The position numbers and the translations under genes were made by a program. Below are positions 56,716 through 64,000 of a stretch of DNA of 64,000 nucleotides, in pieces. Every line of letters begins with the position of its first letter. Position 1 is the first letter of the stretch. The notes below the pieces were generated by a model. It was not told where the DNA came from. It saw only the letters and a list, made by a program, of their open reading frames with translations, and did no database searches. Source of the DNA: an uncultured Thermococci archaeon (GTDB lineage Archaea; Methanobacteriota_B; Thermococci; Methanofastidiosales; B48-G16); the NCBI GenBank assembly GCA_964595645.1, contig CAZQQT010000001.1:32001-96000 (forward strand). The letters are read 5' to 3'.

Positions 56716-56752
56716 TAGAATAATTTTTATAAAAGAAAGAGCATTTCATCAT

Positions 56753-57337
56753 ATGAAAAAAACTGATATTACTATTGAATTGTTAACCCCAAAAAATATT
56801 GAAGACAGGCTCTATCTCTGTTGGGGACATCGTGAAGACTGGAAAACGTTAGAGATTGTACAAGAATCTAGAAAATGGCTGAAAAATGTTAGTGCTCATT
56901 CTGCACTGATCACGTACATCGCCTACAAGGAAAAAACTCCTGTAGGAATGATAGAGGTAGTCTCCGTGACATCATTAAAAAAATTTGGGCTATGTTCATG
57001 CCGGTGGGAGGAGGGCAGCAACTATCCTTCGAAGAATGAAATTGAAAGGCTCACAGCAACATACCCGCGGGACATATTTCTCTCCTGTCTTTGGGTAAAA
57101 GAAGGGTATCAACGTCAGGGCGTTGGAAGTAGTCTCCTCGGTCATTTTCTCACCAGTGAACTCATCAAAAAAGCTGAAGGGGTACTTGTGTACGTCCACA
57201 AGCCGGAAGCCACGTGGGATGCACATTTTCATTGGCCCGTTGGACCTAGGGATCTTTATTTAAAGAGAGGATTCGTTTCTCTCCAAGAAATCAATAGTGG
57301 CTATCTACTTCGAAAACAGATCGTAAAAGATAAATAG
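56753..57337 (+). CDS. GNAT N-acetyltransferase (YoaP-like)
   Basis: SCLWV..YQRQGVG, LYLKRGF. Confidence 0.85.
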   Translation: MKKTDITIELLTPKNIEDRLYLCWGHREDWKTLEIVQESRKWLKNVSAHSALITYIAYKEKTPVGMIEVVSVTSLKKFGLCSCRWEEGSNYPSKNEIERLTATYPRDIFLSCLWVKEGYQRQGVGSSLLGHFLTSELIKKAEGVLVYVHKPEATWDAHFHWPVGPRDLYLKRGFVSLQEINSGYLLRKQIVKDK

Positions 57338-57357
57338 CCAGACATGAGATTATCCTC

Positions 57358-57849
57358 ATGGCTATAGACATTCTCGTCGTATATGATTCTAAAACAGGAA
57401 ATACCGAAAAGATGGCTTTCGCTGTGGCCGATGGTGTGAAGGAGGTAGAAGGTGTCACTGCAATCGTGAAAAGGGCAGAAGAGACGACGCTAGATGACTT
57501 ATTGGCGGCCAATGGGATAATCGTTGGGTCACCAACATACTACGGACAGATGTCGTCAAAAGTAAAAGCATTGTTTGATAAATCGGTGAAAATTCACGAG
57601 AAACTCGCCGGAAAGGTGGGCGGGGCGTTTACCAGTGCGGGTGGCACTGCTACCGGCGCAGAAACAACACTTCTATCTATTGTGGAGGCAATGCTGATCC
57701 ACGGGATGATCGTGCAGGGGAGATCTGACACCATGCATTACGGTGCTGCCGCTGTGAGTACTCCCAATAAGAAGGAACAAACCTTGTGTAGAGAGCTTGG
57801 GAAACGAACTGCAGAGCTTACAATAAAACTCGCAGATGGTAGAAAATGA
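57358..57849 (+). CDS. Flavodoxin-like NAD(P)H-dependent oxidoreductase (WrbA-like)
   Basis: YDSKTGNTEKMA, GSPTYYG, GKVGGAF. Confidence 0.92.
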   Translation: MAIDILVVYDSKTGNTEKMAFAVADGVKEVEGVTAIVKRAEETTLDDLLAANGIIVGSPTYYGQMSSKVKALFDKSVKIHEKLAGKVGGAFTSAGGTATGAETTLLSIVEAMLIHGMIVQGRSDTMHYGAAAVSTPNKKEQTLCRELGKRTAELTIKLADGRK

Positions 57850-58226
57850 AGAAAACATACATTCTTGGAATTCTTATAGGTGAAGCTCCTACTAAAGAAA
57901 AGGCACAATCTATTGTTCTTAACAGCACTTGTCCCTACTGCGCGTGTTATACGTACTCCGATCGGACGGTTGTAGGTGTGTTTACCATGCCACCGGATCA
58001 CAAATGGTGGCTGGAGTGGGTAAAAAGAGAACCAAAAAAGACGATAGGACTTAGTAGTGCCGATGTGTTCTTCACGGAAGGGATAGAGGCATCGAGTCAG
58101 TGGTCGCGTGGAGAGGTAACACCCACAGACGAAGAGGCTCCGTGCGGCGCCAGATGTAATTCATGTCCAATGTATCGGGACCCATGTGAGGGCTGTCCCG
58201 CCACGAGCTATTATAGGGAGAAGTAG
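57846..58226 (+). CDS. Cys-rich hypothetical protein
   Basis: CPYC and PCGARCNSCP..CEGCP. ATGA overlap with the flavodoxin-like gene. Confidence 0.75.
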   Translation: MKKTYILGILIGEAPTKEKAQSIVLNSTCPYCACYTYSDRTVVGVFTMPPDHKWWLEWVKREPKKTIGLSSADVFFTEGIEASSQWSRGEVTPTDEEAPCGARCNSCPMYRDPCEGCPATSYYREK

Positions 58227-58248
58227 ATTTTGTTAATTTTTTAAGTTA

Positions 58249-60408
58249 TTACGCCAACGCACTTTCCTCTGTAGAGTCACGGCAGTAGAGACAGGCAGCA
58301 TTAACTTTTTCTATTCGTTGTTTCATGTCCATGAGAGAGAGTGAAAAGGGGAGATTGAACACATTCAGGTCGGCTTGAGGGGCCTCCTCCAAGAATTCCT
58401 CGAAATCTTCATCGACAACTAGCACTCTGTTGACGGGGATTCGGGCCATTTTCCCCAGTCGCTCCAGCTTCTCTCGGCCCGATGCGATTTCCTCCTCGCT
58501 GTCGACAACGGTAATAATGTTGAGCACACCTCCCCAGTTGATATGTAGTTTGTAGGCAATGAGAATTGCCAGATCACAGTTGGGAAGTTTCATTTCTGGC
58601 CCCCACGTGAGACAGTCATGCGGGATCCATAGGTTAATGGTATGCCGTCGGCCCAGCCCCGCTTCAGGATGGCCACCAAACAATGCAATTCCCGTTGTCA
58701 TTTCTCTTGCCTTGTCCAGCAATATGCTCATTTCATCGTTCATAGGGTCGCTCCGTGGCATCCGTAAGAATGTCACATTTGGGCTAATAGTGAGCGTTTT
58801 AATGTCTGCATTCCTATCGTAGCGTCTCGAGAAAATTTTTCCCCTTTCACTACCGTGTAATCGCTGTAAATACCATCCTCCCGAAGTTCTCGAGCGATGG
58901 ATTCTAAATGTGTCGGCATATTTTCTTCGTTGGTGGTATTGATACCGAGTATCGTGACGGAACCACGAGGAAACGCAATATCGCGGATGAGTTCCAGCAC
59001 ACCGCGTACTTTGGTGGATTTCTCAGTCGGAATTAGTAGATGAGGGCGCCACGCGCGCTCTTGGGAACGTGGAAGATGTTCTGATTTTTTTGCAGCCCAT
59101 TCAGCCAGTGCAACGAATAGACTACTCCGCACGTCTCCATAGGGTGTTTTCCTTTTCAGTGTCCGGTTCATCAGTATATAGTAAAAGACAACGACTACGA
59201 AAATAGCACTTAGGCTAAAGGTAGGGTTGATGATAAACATGGCGAACAAGCAACCTACTGTACCCACAAGAGGTACAATACGCGGTACTTTTAAAAGTGG
59301 GCGAAAACTCACGAGTTCTAGGCTCTGTTCAATGAGAATCACGAGATTCAGCATGGTGTAAGTTATCAGGAAGAACATGGTGATCAGGGGTGCGATAGTG
59401 TTTAACTCCCGCAGTAGCAGTGCTCCGATTGCGATGAGACCAGTGACGAGGACGGCATGTTTCGGTTCCCCTGTTTCGGAACGTCCGGACAGCCAGGAAC
59501 TTCCAGGTAGTACATTGTGTTCACCCATGGCTTGGAGAATTCGTGAGGCGCCCACCAGCGAGTTGAGCGCCGAGGAAAATGTGGCCGCCAATAGCCCGGC
59601 CAGTACCACCTCAGGGAGCCAGGCAATATCGATGAGGATCGTCAGGTTATCGATCAACGTTGACCGAGGAGCGGAGCCTGCCAGCCAGTAGGCGAGCCCT
59701 AGGTACACAATAACGCTGACACCAATCGCTGCTATGGTACCTCGGGGGATGCTCTTTTTTGGATGATGAAGTTCCCCTGACATGTTTGCACCGGCCATGA
59801 TTCCAGTAGCGGCTGGAAAAAACACTGCGAATACTGTCCAAAATGGATGTTTCATCCGTTGTTGGTACTGTGAGTGCAGGCGTTGAGGGCGGTCCTCCTG
59901 CAATCACCGATGCCAGTGATGCTATTACCACTGCCAAAATCACATACTGCAGTCGGAAGGATATTGCTGTACTGAGGAACACTAGCCCAAATAGAAAGCC
60001 GAATGCAACAAAATCAATCAATAAGGAGGAGAGATCAGGAAGTAGTATCCTGAGACCAGCTCTGAATCCAAAAATATACATGGCTGTTGATAGTGACAGT
60101 GAAAGGTAGAGGGGCACACCGATACTTCCTCCTACCTCTAGTCCAAGGGATCGGGAGATAATGGAGTAGGCACCACCGGATCCGATTTTCATATTGGTGA
60201 CAATTGAAGACATAGAGAGGGCGGTCAGACTTGTAATGAAAAAGGCCAGGAGAATAATAGCCCACGCGCCAACGACTCCCACCTTGCCCACTACCCACCC
60301 TAGACGCAGAAACATGATAACGCCTAAGATTGTGAGAACTGTGGGTACAAAGACACCTTGGAAGGTCCCGAACTTGGTTATTTCCTTCGTTTCTTGTTCC
60401 TCAGGCAT
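58249..60408 (-). pseudogene. APC/SLC12 (cation-chloride cotransporter-like) permease, split by two frameshifts
   Basis: FGTFQGVFVP..ILGVIMFLR, FFPAATGIMAGANMSG, WRPHLL. Frame breaks near 59845 and 58787. Confidence 0.82.
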
Positions 60409-60441
60409 CTCCTTATCCCTCTATTTCTTCTTGGTTTCCAT

Positions 60442-61290
60442 CTACTCTTCTGCCATCAGGATTTCTTCTGGAGGGTATTTCTTTTTTACCTCCCGTTCAT
60501 AGTAGTAGTTCCCAAGATAAGAAGCTAAAATTGACGTGAGAGGGAACAGATAGATACATGAGCCAAGGAAAAGCCCCATATTTCGTGCAATTCTCGTCCT
60601 ACGATAGAGCCCTCCAAGTGACTGTTTTGTGAGGTGAAGCGCGATATTCCAGCTGCATCCCAGAAGTTGGGTCAACGGGGTCAACTTTCCTTCTACAGAA
60701 GTTGCCTTGTTCTTCACGGCAGTATAAAATTCTTCTTTTGTTTTCCCCTCGAACATCGTATAGCAGTTTCCTATCATCCGTTCCGTGTGCGCATCACTTC
60801 CTGCCAGTGCAGCCTTTTTCAGTATTTTGTTTGTTTCGTGAGCCTTCCTATTCAAAATTCCATCTCTGTGGAGAGCGTTGAGTGTTTCTATCCCATCAAA
60901 GTCCAGTGTCATTATTTTTTTGCCCAGACTGGGACAGATAATACTGTATGGGTGGGGTGCGATGGCAAGACCGCCCTGTTCGTGGATTCTCTCCACAGTC
61001 TCTTCACCAGAGAGATCTCGGGGAATTTCTTCATTGAGGAAGAGTCCCAGTACCTCCCCATCGGATGTAGTGATTTCCTCCCCAACGATTACCTTCGAAG
61101 GAGCATACTTTTTTGTCAGAAAGGCACCCTCTAAGGTATTGTGATCTGTAATCGCAATGAGATCCATTCCGTTTTTCTCGGCATATTTTATCACTTTCCG
61201 AGGTTCCGCAATAGAATCCGGAATAAAGGAAATATGATTCGTTCCACCGGAATATTTGGTGTGGATGTGACTATCTACTTTGGATCTCAT
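60442..61290 (-). CDS. PHP-domain phosphoesterase
   Basis: DSHIHT, ITDHN, GEEI, APHP, GSDAH. Confidence 0.92.
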   Translation of the reverse strand: MRSKVDSHIHTKYSGGTNHISFIPDSIAEPRKVIKYAEKNGMDLIAITDHNTLEGAFLTKKYAPSKVIVGEEITTSDGEVLGLFLNEEIPRDLSGEETVERIHEQGGLAIAPHPYSIICPSLGKKIMTLDFDGIETLNALHRDGILNRKAHETNKILKKAALAGSDAHTERMIGNCYTMFEGKTKEEFYTAVKNKATSVEGKLTPLTQLLGCSWNIALHLTKQSLGGLYRRTRIARNMGLFLGSCIYLFPLTSILASYLGNYYYEREVKKKYPPEEILMAEE

Positions 61291-61429
61291 ACTTCTTTAA
61301 GAGAGCGCTACTATATAAAACTATCTATAATATTTTCATCCAAAAATTTCTTTAGATGCAATAAGAAGCATATTTTCCAGAGAATAACGAATAGAAAGCC
61401 TTATAAAATACAAACACACAATACATCGT

Positions 61430-61903
61430 ATGCAAATCACAACAGCGACACCTTCTCAGTTCTCTGGGATTGTGGAGTTGTGGAAGGAGTTTATGGACTA
61501 CCATAAAGAGATCGATCCCCTTTTTACCCGAAGTGAGAAGGGACACATCAGTTTTATAGACCATGTAGAAGAACTGCTTGAGAAAGATACTGCACATGTG
61601 CTCGTGGCGTTGGACAGGGAAAAGGTAGTAGGATATGCCATTGCTGAGATAACTATACGTCCTCCCGTGTTCCAAGAGAGAACCTATGGGGTTATTTCAG
61701 ACATAGCGGTGACATCGTCATATCGGCGGCAGGGTATTGGGAGCAAAATGGTTGGAAAGATACGGGAGTGGTTCCATTCACGAGATGTCACGAGGATAGA
61801 ACTCCGTGCTGTTTCAGAAAACGACGTAAGCTGTGCCTTTTGGGGAAAACAGGGATTTAGAGAGTATATGCGCGTGATGTACATAAATACAGAGGACGAA
61901 TAA
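61430..61903 (+). CDS. GNAT N-acetyltransferase
   Basis: DIAV..YRRQGIG, N...FWGKQGF. Confidence 0.9.
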   Translation: MQITTATPSQFSGIVELWKEFMDYHKEIDPLFTRSEKGHISFIDHVEELLEKDTAHVLVALDREKVVGYAIAEITIRPPVFQERTYGVISDIAVTSSYRRQGIGSKMVGKIREWFHSRDVTRIELRAVSENDVSCAFWGKQGFREYMRVMYINTEDE

Positions 61904-61946
61904 CTTTTTAAAATATGCCCTCACACTCTTTGAGAGGCATGATTAT

Positions 61947-62528
61947 ATGCATAACGAAATACCAGAGGAGAAGATATTCTTTACCGAAATGCAGACAGTG
62001 ACAATCCAGGATCTTGATGTCGCCGGATACATTCTCGATATCGGAGGGGGCGGAGAAGGGATTATCGGGGGGTTAAAAGGTAGCGAAGTTATTGCCATTG
62101 ATCTGAGCCGGAGAGAACTTGAAGAGGCACCGGCCGGACCGTTAAAGATCGTAATGGATGCGAGGGATCTCCAGTTTCTGGACGAGACATTTCATGTTGC
62201 CACGTCGTTTTTCACGTTGTTGTATATTGAACCTGCGGATCGCAAAAAGGTCTTTCAGGAGATTCACCGTGTGCTGAAACCAAATGGAAGATTCTTGCTG
62301 TGGGACACAGTGATTCCGTCGCAGGGTGTAGAGGAGAAAGAGTTTTTTGCCGTGCGGCTGAAGGTAACACTGCCGAGAGAAGAAATCCAGACAGGGTACG
62401 GTGTACCGTGGAAGGATCGGGAACAGGATGTGCAGTACTATATCGATCTCGCTGAAAAAACGGGATTCGAAGTGATGGATCGTGAAGAACACGATCAAGT
62501 ATACTTTTTAGAGTTAAAGAAGAAATAG
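61947..62528 (+). CDS. Class I SAM-dependent methyltransferase
   Basis: ILDIGGGGEG, MDARDL, RVLKPNG. Confidence 0.9.
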   Translation: MHNEIPEEKIFFTEMQTVTIQDLDVAGYILDIGGGGEGIIGGLKGSEVIAIDLSRRELEEAPAGPLKIVMDARDLQFLDETFHVATSFFTLLYIEPADRKKVFQEIHRVLKPNGRFLLWDTVIPSQGVEEKEFFAVRLKVTLPREEIQTGYGVPWKDREQDVQYYIDLAEKTGFEVMDREEHDQVYFLELKKK

Positions 62529-62550
62529 GGTATTTTTCTCTGTTTATTTA

Positions 62551-62937
62551 TTATTTCTCCATTTCTTTCAGCCTTTTCAGCGCCTCAGTGTATCCTTCGT
62601 CCTGTTGTGCCCATTCCTCGAGGTCTTTACAGGGGAACTCTTCACACTCACAGCAGAATGTATGCCCTCTTTTATCCACACAGCACTGAAGTATCCAGCA
62701 GTCGGGCGACCAGTGAATCGTACGGTTGTCACGACAGCCTTTACAGTACATCCCCTGTTCGAGTACTTCATCTACTCCCTCATCTTCTTGAAGCCAGCCT
62801 TCTTTTTTAAACCAGGCGACAACACACTGCGCAGCGTCAGGGTCCTCAGGGACTTTGCGTATGTCGCAGGACCCACAGTTCAGCCCGCAAACAGCAATAT
62901 ACGTGTCTTTTCTTTCAGTCTTTTCCGTGAGAATCAC
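62551..62937 (-). CDS. DUF3795 Cys-rich protein
   Basis: CGLNCGSC, CKGC, HWSPDC..CC, FCCEC..FPC. Confidence 0.88.
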   Translation of the reverse strand: MILTEKTERKDTYIAVCGLNCGSCDIRKVPEDPDAAQCVVAWFKKEGWLQEDEGVDEVLEQGMYCKGCRDNRTIHWSPDCWILQCCVDKRGHTFCCECEEFPCKDLEEWAQQDEGYTEALKRLKEMEK

Positions 62938-62992
62938 CCTGTTGTATACTTTTGGAAAGGACTATTTATTTTTTTCTACACGGGGGAAATGA

Positions 62993-63721
62993 TCATTTTT
63001 CACATATTTTTACTGTATTCTTTACCGCTCCATCCATCACATTAATGTCCCTGAGCACAGCATGCTCCTCCTTGATTTCAATGACGTTAAATGACGGGTA
63101 CGATCGCCCCTTCAACCGTCGTGAGGTGGCGGTCCCCGCTGTAATGAAATATGTATCTTCTAGTTTCCATATCCATGGGACATGTTTGTGCCCGGAAAGA
63201 ACGATATGCACCCCCAGATCAATACAGAGCTGTAGAACGTCTCCTGAATCTACAGGAATATTTCTCTCCCTCCCTGTACCTGGAATTGGGATGAGGTGGT
63301 GGTGCATCGCGAGTATTCTTGTCTTGTTTTCCGCGGTCAGACGTTCTTGTATATAGGGGTAGTTCTCCCGCCCTATGTGGCCATCATCGATATCCGGATC
63401 CGCGGAGTCGATCCCTATAACTACTACCTTCTCGTTCTCATAATATGGAAACCGCGTGCCGTACAGTTCCTCAAAGATGGTGTACCCCTTGTTCCGTGCA
63501 TCGTGGTTTCCGGGTACAATTATTTTGTGTGCCGTGTGGAACTTTTCGATATAGGAGGGTACCATCTCGTACTCAAATGGATAGCCATCATCGGTAAGGT
63601 CTCCCGTGATCACGAGTATCTCTGGATTAATAGAATTCACGTGCTCAACAACATGTTCTCCCCACTCAGTCACAAAATGTGGACCTGTCAGATGGAGATC
63701 TGAGATATGAACGATTTTCAT
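62993..63721 (-). CDS. Calcineurin-like metallophosphoesterase
   Basis: SDLH, GDLTD, PGNHD, HHH, SGHKH. Confidence 0.93.
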   Translation of the reverse strand: MKIVHISDLHLTGPHFVTEWGEHVVEHVNSINPEILVITGDLTDDGYPFEYEMVPSYIEKFHTAHKIIVPGNHDARNKGYTIFEELYGTRFPYYENEKVVVIGIDSADPDIDDGHIGRENYPYIQERLTAENKTRILAMHHHLIPIPGTGRERNIPVDSGDVLQLCIDLGVHIVLSGHKHVPWIWKLEDTYFITAGTATSRRLKGRSYPSFNVIEIKEEHAVLRDINVMDGAVKNTVKICEK

Positions 63722-63929
63722 ATTTACTCTCCTCTTCTCTGTAATGCACTTCTCACTCTTTTGTGCGTGAGTATTTTTATTATTTTCCTTCTTTTAGTAT
63801 CTACTTTTTTCTAGTGACACATAAGATACATGCTTCTATTTTTAAAAAGAACAACATGTATTGTATAACGAAAGACTTATAGAATAATAAGTTTTAAATA
63901 ATACAAATAAAAAAGAGAGAGTGAATTAT

Positions 63930-64000
63930 ATGAATCCACTTATCGTCTACTACTCGCGAACAGGAAACACAAAAAATGTTGCCGAGATGATTGCACATCT
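63930..64000 (+). CDS. Flavodoxin-family protein, partial (runs off window)
   Basis: MNPLIVYYSRTGNTKNVAEMIA, an FMN-binding loop. Confidence 0.8.
   Translation, partial: MNPLIVYYSRTGNTKNVAEMIAH

Noticed and set aside
1-64000. CRISPR arrays, IS elements, integrases, proviral genes, rRNA
   Set aside because: No repeat-spacer pattern, transposase or integrase motif, or rRNA-like stretch seen, and intergenic gaps are all short.

Overview
Gene-dense chromosomal segment of an archaeon. Evidence: rpS17e, GGGP synthase, tRNA splicing endonuclease, Cdc48, Sm protein, intron-containing tRNA-Trp, and TATA-type promoters. DUF530, DUF2666 and a short dUTPase/Dcd point to a Thermococci-related euryarchaeon such as Methanofastidiosales/Theionarchaea (inference). 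About 65 CDS: housekeeping genes (endA, cdc48, rps17e, minD, serS, lhr, purS-L-Q-F-D), many transporters, GNATs, methyltransferases and lipoproteins, plus three disrupted genes. I saw no mobile element, CRISPR array or rRNA. Most notable: (1) a rhodanese fused to a single sulfur oxygenase reductase (SOR)-like domain that keeps the Cys and 2-His-1-Glu iron-site pattern, directly upstream of a split YeeE/YedE sulfur transporter; (2) a type II pantothenate kinase paired with an OPT-family transporter, a candidate CoA-precursor salvage module; (3) a tRNA-Trp whose 90-nt intron carries C/D guide elements, directly upstream of endA; (4) a structured 40-codon leader ORF coupled to purS; (5) a DUF530-DUF1699/HTH-CDIN1-like nuclease module. 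All family assignments come from motif recognition by eye, not database searches.
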